Assembly (NCBI GenBank): GCA_964459805.1
Contig: CAYWOD010000034.1
Coordinates: 1 to 21,283 of the forward strand
DNA from: an uncultured Pirellulales bacterium
GTDB taxonomy: Bacteria; Planctomycetota; Phycisphaerae; Sedimentisphaerales; Anaerobacaceae
DNA: 21,283 nucleotides
Direction of reading: 5' to 3'
Below, in pieces: positions 7,203 through 14,155 of this stretch (position 1 is the stretch's first letter; the number at the start of each line of letters is the position of its first letter). The translations under genes were made by a program, and so were the position numbers. The notes under the pieces were generated by a model that was not told the origin of the DNA, did not search any database, and was given only the letters and a program-made list of their open reading frames with translations.

Positions 7203-8276
7203 ATGAAACTGAAAACAGCCAAACGCTTGATAATCGCCGCCATAATCGCCGTCGTGGTGACCGCCACCATTTCCACCTGGCCGCCGCCCCCACCAGAATA
7301 CGAAATCACTGACCTGGGTTTCTGCGGCACATCAGGGCACGTCAGCGCCATAAACAACGCCGGTCAGGTCGCCGGCTGGTCCCCCTATTACTCCGGCTCT
7401 CCCGCCCGGAACATTGCCTTCGTCTGGGACGCAGTCAATAAAAGAAAGGACATCGAGACGCCCGAAGGAAAACAAAGCTTCGCCAATGACATAAATGACA
7501 AGCCCCAGGTGGCCGGTTACCTCTTAGAACCTCAGACCAAACACACCTCCGCCTTTATTTGGGACGAAGAAAACGGCATAACCGAACTCGACACTCTCGG
7601 CGGAAACTCGAGCAGCGCCACCGCCATCAACAACAAAGGCCAGCTCGTGGGCTTCGCAGAGACTTCGGAGGGTGTAAAGCATGCCTTTATCTGGGACAAG
7701 ACCCGCGGAATGCGAGACCTCGGCACCCTCGGAGGACGCTGGAGTAGGGCCAGCAACATCAATGACAAGGGGCAGGTTGTGGGCATTTCAACGCTTGCGA
7801 ACGGCGACGCTCACGGCTTTATCTGGCAGGAAGATACGGGAATCGTCGATCTGGGCACACTTGGAGGCCAAACCATTTATGCCGCGAGTATCAACAACTC
7901 GCACCAGGTGGTCGGGGCAACTTACAAGAAAGGGCGCACGCATGGTTTCATCTGGGAGACGAACAAGACTATTACAGAACTCAACTTACCCGGCCTGGGA
8001 AGCTTCCCTGTCAAGATTAACGATGCAGGCCAAATCATCGGTTACTTCCAAACGCGAAAATTTCTGTTCTTCAAAGGCCGCCAAACCTGGTTTTTGTGGC
8101 ATTCTGACCGCGGAATTATCGAACTGGATGCCATATCGAAATCGAATGGTGCCCAGTTTAAGCCAGTGGACATAAACAACAGAGGCCAGATCGTTGGAAC
8201 TCAAATCTCCAAAAGCGGTCAAAACCACATTGTCATTTTGACACCCAAACCCGAATCGAAGACGGAAGACGAGTGA
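7203..8276 (+). CDS. HAF-family extracellular repeat protein (N-terminal membrane anchor)
   Basis: 357 aa. An N-terminal TM anchor (LIIAAIIAVVVTATI) is followed by ~7 tandem ~45-aa repeats. Each repeat has INNxGQVVG ... H(A/G)FIWD ... G(M/I)xDLGTLGG. This is the signature of the 'HAF' extracellular repeat family. Confidence 0.85.
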   Translation: MKLKTAKRLIIAAIIAVVVTATISTWPPPPPEYEITDLGFCGTSGHVSAINNAGQVAGWSPYYSGSPARNIAFVWDAVNKRKDIETPEGKQSFANDINDKPQVAGYLLEPQTKHTSAFIWDEENGITELDTLGGNSSSATAINNKGQLVGFAETSEGVKHAFIWDKTRGMRDLGTLGGRWSRASNINDKGQVVGISTLANGDAHGFIWQEDTGIVDLGTLGGQTIYAASINNSHQVVGATYKKGRTHGFIWETNKTITELNLPGLGSFPVKINDAGQIIGYFQTRKFLFFKGRQTWFLWHSDRGIIELDAISKSNGAQFKPVDINNRGQIVGTQISKSGQNHIVILTPKPESKTEDE

Positions 8277-8289
8277 ATGGAGCTGTAGC

Positions 8290-9330
8290 ATGAAGCCAAG
8301 AACGACCAAGAGATTAATAGTAGCTGCGATCATCGGGGCAGTCTTGGCAGTTTTTCTGATTTTCCGTTCTGTTGCCCCGCTGGAATGTGAAGTCACCGAT
8401 CTTGGCTATATTAAAGGGTACGGATGTGCCAACGCTATAAACAATGAAGGGCATGTCGTCGGCTGGACGCAGATAGACGCTCTGGCTACGGCCTTTATTT
8501 GGAGCCCCGAGAAGGGCAGAAGGAGTATCCCGGCCCTTGAAGGAAAAGAAAGCCGGGCCTACGACATAAACGACAAAGGCCAGGTAGTAGGCTATTTCGA
8601 CGAGCTGGATAAGAAAACGCCTGACCGTGCTTTTATCTGGGACGAAGAAACAGGGCTGACCGAACTCGGGACACTCGGCCGCAGTTCACAGGCATTCGCG
8701 GTCAATAACAAAGGACAAGTCGCAGGTGCCTCAATGACTCCCGACGGTCAATGGCACCCTTTCATTTGGGACAAAACAAACGGAATGCGAGACCTTGGAA
8801 CGCTCGGCGGAAAAAGCTACGCCCAGGATATCAACGAAAAGGGACAGGTCGTAGGTATCTCGTACCTCCCAAATGGACAACAACACGCGTTCATCTGGCA
8901 GCAAGGCACCGGGATAGTCGATATCGTAACACCTGGCGGCCCGCCAAGCCGCGCCATGAGTATCAACAATGCAGGCCAAGTGGGTGGGCAAATTGCGAAA
9001 AAGGGGACCGGAAGGGGTTTCATCTGGGAATTAAATACGGGCATGACCGTCCTTGGTATAAAAGGTCAGATACACAGGGGGATGAGGATTAATGATTCAG
9101 GCCAGGCCGTTGGCTACTACTTCACTGACAAACTTCTCTTCTTCAAGGAGCGGCATTCTGTCTTCCTTTGGGATCCGGATCGGGGCGAGGTAGAGTTGAA
9201 TCTGGGGCCGGAGAATGTCAACGATATTTTAGGACTCGATATCAACAACAAAGGCCAAGTCCTCGCGACTTTTCAGGTCACCCGGCAAGAGCACCGCGTG
9301 GTAATCCTGACGCCTAAACCCAAGCAGTAG
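8290..9330 (+). CDS. HAF-family extracellular repeat protein, tandem paralog
   Basis: 346 aa. It has the same architecture and repeat signature (AFIWSPE, AFIWDEETGLTELGTLG, HPFIWDKTNGMRDLGTLGG, HAFIWQQGTGIVD, GFIWELNTGM). GGAG lies 8 nt upstream. It is 13 bp downstream of HAF1 and ends with the shared ILTPKPK tail. Confidence 0.85.
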   Translation: MKPRTTKRLIVAAIIGAVLAVFLIFRSVAPLECEVTDLGYIKGYGCANAINNEGHVVGWTQIDALATAFIWSPEKGRRSIPALEGKESRAYDINDKGQVVGYFDELDKKTPDRAFIWDEETGLTELGTLGRSSQAFAVNNKGQVAGASMTPDGQWHPFIWDKTNGMRDLGTLGGKSYAQDINEKGQVVGISYLPNGQQHAFIWQQGTGIVDIVTPGGPPSRAMSINNAGQVGGQIAKKGTGRGFIWELNTGMTVLGIKGQIHRGMRINDSGQAVGYYFTDKLLFFKERHSVFLWDPDRGEVELNLGPENVNDILGLDINNKGQVLATFQVTRQEHRVVILTPKPKQ

Positions 9331-9380
9331 CCAAACAACAGCAAGTCCATGCCCTCGAATTGCCGATGCAATATCAGGCC

Positions 9381-9409
9381 TTTATCCTCGGCGAGCTTCT
9401 CGGTATAAT
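9381..9409 (+). promoter_or_regulatory. Candidate sigma70-like promoter for the sulfatase gene (TTTATC-17nt-TATAAT)
   Basis: A perfect TATAAT lies at 9404-9409. A weak -35 (TTTATC) sits at 9381-9386 with a 17-nt spacer. This is ~55 nt upstream of the start codon. It is a pattern match only. Confidence 0.25.
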
Positions 9410-9464
9410 GTTGGAACAGAAGGCCAGAGTCACCTAATTGCTTGCAGTTTCAGGAGTTGTCGTT

Positions 9465-11138
9465 ATGAAATCGAGGAAGATGAATCGACGTCGCTTCTTA
9501 AACACCATCACCGCCGGTGCAGCGGTCGTTGCCTTACCAAGCCGCCTCGCCACCGCCCGCCGGGCAAGCAGCAACCCCAACATACTGTTCATTATGGCCG
9601 ACGACCACGCAGCCAACGCAATCAGTTGCTACGGCTCCCGCCTTGCCCAGGTGGCCAAGACGCCCAACATCGACCGCATCGCCGCCGAAGGCGCGCGCCT
9701 GCTCAACTGCTTCTGCACCAACTCTATATGCGTCCCCAGCCGAGCCACCATCCTCACCGGCCAGTACAGCCACGTCAACGGCGTTTATACACTCGCAGAC
9801 AACCTGGACCCCGAACACCAAAACGTCGCCAAGCTCCTCCAGCAGGCAGGCTACCAGACCGCCGTCATCGGAAAGTGGCACTTGAAAACCGACCCGGCCG
9901 GATTCGACCACTGGAATATCCTGCCCGGACAGGGCCGATACCACAATCCCATTATGAAAGAAAAGGGCGACGGCAAAAAAACCCGCGAACCCTCTCGTTT
10001 GGATATGATAATCCACCTCGCTAACCAATGGCTGGCCGAGCCGCCCCATTTCGACCGCCCCGTCCGCCCGGGACAGAGCCGCTTCGACGACCTCTATAAC
10101 AAAGAAATGCCCAGCGGCAACAAGACACACGAAGGTTTTTCCACGGACGTGATAACCGACCTTTCCCTCGAATGGCTCAAGGACCGCGACAAGACCAGGC
10201 CCTTCTTCCTGATGACCCACTTCAAAAATTCTCACGCCCCCTGGCACTTCGCCGAGAGGCACGCCAACCTTTATAAGGACGTCGAAATCCCCGAACCACC
10301 AAGCCTATGGGAAGATATGTCCCATCGCTCGCCCGGCTCAAAGGACTACGGCTACACCATCAGCGGAATCCAGCTCTCTCGAATGCAGAAAAAGAACTAC
10401 CCCACCGGCCCCCTTGACACAACCGGTATGGACGAGAAGCAAAAAATCAAGGCCGCATACCAGAAATACCTCAAAGACTACCTCCGCTGCGTAGCAGCAA
10501 TCGACGAAAATGTCGGCAGACTGCTCGACTTGCTCCGCACCGAAGACCTCGACACCAACACCGTTGTCATTTACACCTCAGACCAGGGCCTCTTCCTCGG
10601 AGAGCACAACTACATAGACAAACGATGGATGTATGAAGAGTCACTCCGGATGCCCTTTCTCGTCCGCTACCCCAGAGAGATAACACCCGGCACCGTCAAT
10701 GACGACATCATTATCAACGCCGATTTCGCCCCGACCTTTCTCGACTACGCCGGCCGGCCCACTCCTTCGGATATGCAGGGCAGAACCTTCCGCCCCAATC
10801 TACACGGAAGAACGCCGCGCGACTGGCGCACCTCGATGTACTATCGCTACTGGCAGCACTGCAGCCGACCCGCCCACTACGGAATAAGAACAAAACGCAA
10901 CAAGCTAATCTTCTTCTACGGCTTGCCCCTCGGTGCCAAAGGCGCCGAAAAAACGCCCACAAAACTAGGATGGGAGCTCTATGATCTAAAACGCGACCCC
11001 TATGAGCTCAACAACGTTTACAACCATCCCCCCTACGCCAAGGTCCGAAAACGCCTCAAAGCAGAACTGCTCGAAAAGAAAGCCGAACTCGGCGATACCG
11101 ACGACAAGTATCCCGAAATGCTCGAAATCGTAAAATAA
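9465..11138 (+). CDS. Sulfatase (formylglycine-dependent, Tat-secreted)
   Basis: The track ORF starts at 9438. The ATG at 9465 (MKSRKMNRRRFL...) is preferred because GGAG lies 7 nt upstream. A Tat motif RRRFLNTITAGAAVVALP is present. The sulfatase signature reads C-V-P-S-R-A-T-I-L-T-G-Q. Other conserved sulfatase blocks are IMADDH, GKWHL and DQG. Confidence 0.9.
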   Translation: MKSRKMNRRRFLNTITAGAAVVALPSRLATARRASSNPNILFIMADDHAANAISCYGSRLAQVAKTPNIDRIAAEGARLLNCFCTNSICVPSRATILTGQYSHVNGVYTLADNLDPEHQNVAKLLQQAGYQTAVIGKWHLKTDPAGFDHWNILPGQGRYHNPIMKEKGDGKKTREPSRLDMIIHLANQWLAEPPHFDRPVRPGQSRFDDLYNKEMPSGNKTHEGFSTDVITDLSLEWLKDRDKTRPFFLMTHFKNSHAPWHFAERHANLYKDVEIPEPPSLWEDMSHRSPGSKDYGYTISGIQLSRMQKKNYPTGPLDTTGMDEKQKIKAAYQKYLKDYLRCVAAIDENVGRLLDLLRTEDLDTNTVVIYTSDQGLFLGEHNYIDKRWMYEESLRMPFLVRYPREITPGTVNDDIIINADFAPTFLDYAGRPTPSDMQGRTFRPNLHGRTPRDWRTSMYYRYWQHCSRPAHYGIRTKRNKLIFFYGLPLGAKGAEKTPTKLGWELYDLKRDPYELNNVYNHPPYAKVRKRLKAELLEKKAELGDTDDKYPEMLEIVK

Positions 11139-11413
11139 TACTGGTAATCCGCATTACGATGCCGACTACCAGCCACTAATCCCAAGCTGCCGACCACCTC
11201 CTATTTTACCACCCGGCCCAACCGTCGCAATAATAATTCGGCCCGTTTCGGCCATCCCCAAGCCTACGACAAGCTCAGGCGGCGCGCTGCGCTTGAGGCT
11301 GCCACCCGGTTGACTATGACGCAAATGGCCTCGCAATCAGCAAAACGCCTGCTCTTTTGTACCCCGCCCTATTCCGACCAATCAGCATCAATGGGCATAA
11401 TCCCACCGCGTGG

Positions 11414-11493
11414 CACGGGCATCCTGCCCGTGTCTTCGAGATCATCGGCAGGATGCCGATGCTACGATAGGCACCGGGCCCTTCAACGGTGCC
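11414..11493. other. Three consecutive short GC hairpins in a 527-bp non-coding spacer (CACGGGCAtccTGCCCGTG; CATCGGCAggaTGCCGATG; GGCACCgggcccttcaacGGTGCC)
   Basis: Two 8-bp-stem/3-nt-loop hairpins of the same design lie 10 nt apart, followed by a third hairpin. They sit inside an implausible ORF (11310..11579). They may be a structured RNA or a protein-binding array. Confidence 0.3.
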
Positions 11494-11653
11494 GCCGGCT
11501 TATGAGCTTATGCTGGTGCCCGAAAAGCGATAAATCCTCTTATAATCATGCGTTAATCAACCAACTTTTTTGCAGTTGAGCCTCCTTTCTCAACTATTTA
11601 CTTCGGCCTTTCTTCTTCGAACGCTTACGGCGAAGCTCATTGTCCCCGCCAGG

Positions 11654-11690
11654 CCCCAAGGCCCCTTAGTGGGGGGTCCTTGGGGCTTGT
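11654..11690 (-). terminator. Hairpin straddling the stop codon of the 11666..12667 gene (CCCCAAGGCCCC-ttagt-GGGGGGTCCTTGGGG)
   Basis: A 12-bp GC stem with one bulge. The loop contains the TAA stop (reverse complement of ttagt). No U-tract follows it. It may be a U-less terminator or a stabilising stem. Confidence 0.3.
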
Positions 11691-12667
11691 TTAGCTTTTT
11701 CGATCAGATCTGTGACCGAAACCGCAGCCCCGCCTTTTGCCTTGGATTCGTCGGCAGCCGACATAAAGGCAAAGATCTCAATCGTCTCTTCCGCCGACAC
11801 GGGCACACGACCTGTTTTGAAGAACTTGACGACCTCATCGATCAAAGGCCCGTAGCCGGCGTACTTGCCGGCCGGCATTATGGCCTTGCCGCCGAAGATC
11901 GTGGCGCCGTAACCGCTCTTGCCCTTGCGCAGGCCTCTGAAAGTCCCGATTCGCCCGTCACCCCATTCCCCTACCACAAACTCGAAATCTTTGGTCTGTG
12001 TGCGTGTGACTATCCGGCAGCCGGGGCCCATAACGGTAAAGAGCATCTCGACTCCGTGCACCCCGTACCAGTACAGGTCCGGGTGATGGGCCTCCAGAGA
12101 GCAGGGGCCGTAGGCATCGCACCCGAGAACCTCGCCGACATTCGGGTCGCTTCTCATGCCGATCACGCCGGGACCAAAACGCAAAGATGAGCTCGACCAG
12201 CACGGCACCTTGTTCTCTTTAGCAAGGCGGAATATCTCAACCACATCGGCCAGACTACCGGCCATGGGCTTATCAATGAACAGCGGTATTCCTCCCTTGA
12301 TGACGGGCCTTGCCTGCTTTAGATGAGGACGGCCATCGACGCTCTCGAGCATTACGCCATCGACTTTGCGGCAAAGCTGCTCGATGGTCTCAACAATCTC
12401 GACGCCATACTTATCGCGCAACTGCTCCGTGTAACCCTCGACGCGATTGGCCGAGGAAGCGATATCGGGTGAGCCCCCCGGATAGCCGGCAACGACCTTG
12501 CAGCCGTAGTTCTTGGCCGGGTCGTTGATGGCTTTTGTAAAGGCGATGACGTGGGAAGTGTCAAGGCCGATCATACCGATACGAAAGACCTTCTGCTCTG
12601 CGGCCTCACTCGCCGACAGGGCCGCAAGCACTATCAATAAAGTTGTCCATAAAACAATCCGTCGCAT
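11666..12667 (-). CDS. Gfo/Idh/MocA-family oxidoreductase (signal peptide)
   Basis: 333 aa. It has an N-terminal signal sequence (LLIVLAALSASEA). A Rossmann start FRIGMIGLDTSH is present, followed by a Gfo/Idh/MocA-like layout with a C-terminal alpha/beta domain. AGGAGG lies 9 nt upstream of the ATG at 12667. It sits 32 bp downstream of the next oxidoreductase gene on the same strand. Confidence 0.8.
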   Translation of the reverse strand: MRRIVLWTTLLIVLAALSASEAAEQKVFRIGMIGLDTSHVIAFTKAINDPAKNYGCKVVAGYPGGSPDIASSANRVEGYTEQLRDKYGVEIVETIEQLCRKVDGVMLESVDGRPHLKQARPVIKGGIPLFIDKPMAGSLADVVEIFRLAKENKVPCWSSSSLRFGPGVIGMRSDPNVGEVLGCDAYGPCSLEAHHPDLYWYGVHGVEMLFTVMGPGCRIVTRTQTKDFEFVVGEWGDGRIGTFRGLRKGKSGYGATIFGGKAIMPAGKYAGYGPLIDEVVKFFKTGRVPVSAEETIEIFAFMSAADESKAKGGAAVSVTDLIEKAKQAPRTPH

Positions 12668-12699
12668 AGTTTAGACCTCCTGCTAATTGCCATATAGTT

Positions 12700-13974
12700 T
12701 TATGTTTTACGTGTCGCTTGCCCGGGCCGGTCGTACTGCGGGACCTTCAGCAGCTCGCCTTGTTTCAGGGCCGACTGATGTGCGACTATACCCGGCACTG
12801 TATAAGCGAGAGATTCACATACGTCTATCGCAGGTGAGCGGTTGTGCACCAGGGCATCGATGAATTCATGCGTCAGGAAGGTGTGCGAGCCTTCGTGGCC
12901 GCTGTTGTGCCGCAAAGGCTCGGGCAGCATGTCCGTTTGCCACCAGTGGGGCTGCTTGTAATGCTCGAAGTTCGGTGCCCTGCGGACAAACCCCGCGTCA
13001 TCTTTTTCCATCTGTGCGCCGCTGCGGATGATAACGGGGCCGACGCCGTTGGGATGCGACGCATAGAAGCTCATCTTATCGCCGATCCACTGTGCCCGCT
13101 CACAGCCTCGATGCGCACCCTTCCACCATATATTGACACGAAACGCATTGCCGCGGTCGGTCCTAAACATAGCCGATTCGTTCCAGAACGGGTTCTTGTA
13201 AACGTTATCTTTCAGTATGGAGCTGTCGTCGCCCCAGCCGTGGCACACCACTTCGGTGAGCCGCTCGCCGCTGACGCCGATAAGCTGGCTCGTGCAGTGC
13301 GTCGGATAGTGCATCGGCGCAACGCCGTGACGCCAGGTCCGCTTGCCGTTCCAATAGTAGAGCGATTCCAGGCCGGGGTGCTGATACTCGGCCTCGCAGT
13401 AATACAGGGCCCCGAACTTGCCCTGCCGATAGAATTTCCTCGCCGAGATCGTGGACTGCTGGTAGTACCCGGTCTCGGCCATCATATACGTCAGCCCATA
13501 CTTTTTGACGGTATCGGCCAGCAGCTCGGCCTGGTCGATTGTACCCCACGCCGCCGGGACCGCCGAGATTACGTGCTTGCCGTTTTTCATTGCCTCAACA
13601 GTGTGCTGAACGTGGAGCGGACCGTCGGTGAAAATAGCCACCGCGTCGATATCTTTCGCAAGCACCAGCTCCTCAAGGCTGTTATATGCCTTCTCGCACC
13701 CATAAACCTGCATCAATCGCTTGCGACGGTCCTCGCGAAGGTCGCTAACGGCCACAACAACGCAATCCGGGTGCTCGTGCCACTGAAATGAACACCCGAA
13801 CCCACCGCCCACAACACCTATGCGAACCTTCTTTGGCGCGGTGTTCACTGCAAGCGCCGCCTGCCCCTTGGGGGCCTGCGACACCAGCATCGCCCCGGCC
13901 AGCGCGCCGCCGCTTTTCTTGAGAAACTCACGTCGTGAACAGTCTTTTTCTGATTTCTCTGGAGTTTGTGCCAT
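12700..13974 (-). CDS. Gfo/Idh/MocA-family oxidoreductase (Tat-secreted)
   Basis: The track ORF extends to 14127, but those extra 51 codons are encoded by a REP-like repeat (..ILRFAQNDN..). I place the start at the ATG at 13974 (MAQTPEKSEKDCSRREFLKKSGGALAGAMLV). GGAAGGAG lies 8 nt upstream and a Tat motif RREFLKK follows. The Rossmann start is VRIGVVGGGFGCS. The Gfo/Idh/MocA core follows. Confidence 0.82.
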   Translation of the reverse strand: MAQTPEKSEKDCSRREFLKKSGGALAGAMLVSQAPKGQAALAVNTAPKKVRIGVVGGGFGCSFQWHEHPDCVVVAVSDLREDRRKRLMQVYGCEKAYNSLEELVLAKDIDAVAIFTDGPLHVQHTVEAMKNGKHVISAVPAAWGTIDQAELLADTVKKYGLTYMMAETGYYQQSTISARKFYRQGKFGALYYCEAEYQHPGLESLYYWNGKRTWRHGVAPMHYPTHCTSQLIGVSGERLTEVVCHGWGDDSSILKDNVYKNPFWNESAMFRTDRGNAFRVNIWWKGAHRGCERAQWIGDKMSFYASHPNGVGPVIIRSGAQMEKDDAGFVRRAPNFEHYKQPHWWQTDMLPEPLRHNSGHEGSHTFLTHEFIDALVHNRSPAIDVCESLAYTVPGIVAHQSALKQGELLKVPQYDRPGQATRKT

Positions 13975-14049
13975 AGTCACACTCCTTCCTGCCCAAAAAT
14001 CAGCGGGGCAGAGATAACTACTATTCTGTGACACCTGAATCGATAAGTT

Positions 14050-14117
14050 GTCATTCTGAGCGAAGCGAAGAATCTGGCCTGCGAATCCCGGATACTTCGC
14101 CTCCGGCTCAGCATGAC
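14050..14117. repeat. 68-bp imperfect palindromic REP-like element (GTCATTCTGAGCGAAGCGAAGAATC...GCTCAGCATGAC)
   Basis: The ends GTCATTCTGAGC / GCTCAGCATGAC are near-perfect reverse complements. The internal GCGAAGCGAAGAATC block is related to the GAGCGAAGCGACGAAGCAATC core of the copy at 21014-21047. It lies in the 180-bp spacer between two convergent genes. Confidence 0.6.
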
Positions 14118-14155
14118 GGCCTCTCAAAACATATCTAACACGGCACTACGTTGGG

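Noticed and set aside
6713-7357. 214-aa minus-strand ORF spanning the HAF pseudogene region and the HAF1 start
   Set aside because: It is antisense to the HAF1 N-terminus and has no domain signature. The region is better explained as a decayed plus-strand HAF paralog.
9534-10262. 242-aa minus-strand ORF and 9517..9885, 9626..10024, 10714..10962
   Set aside because: They lie inside or antisense to the second sulfatase gene. Their Pro/Arg/Thr-rich translations have no domain signal.
12844-13791. 315-aa plus-strand ORF, plus 11570..12190 and 12310..12528
   Set aside because: They are antisense to the two Gfo/Idh/MocA genes. The opposite-strand products have clear Rossmann and signal-peptide features.
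13975-14127. N-terminal 51 codons of the track ORF 12700..14127
   Set aside because: The segment is encoded by the palindromic REP-like element (..ILRFAQNDN..). The downstream ATG at 13974 has a strong SD and is followed at once by a Tat signal, so it is the real start.
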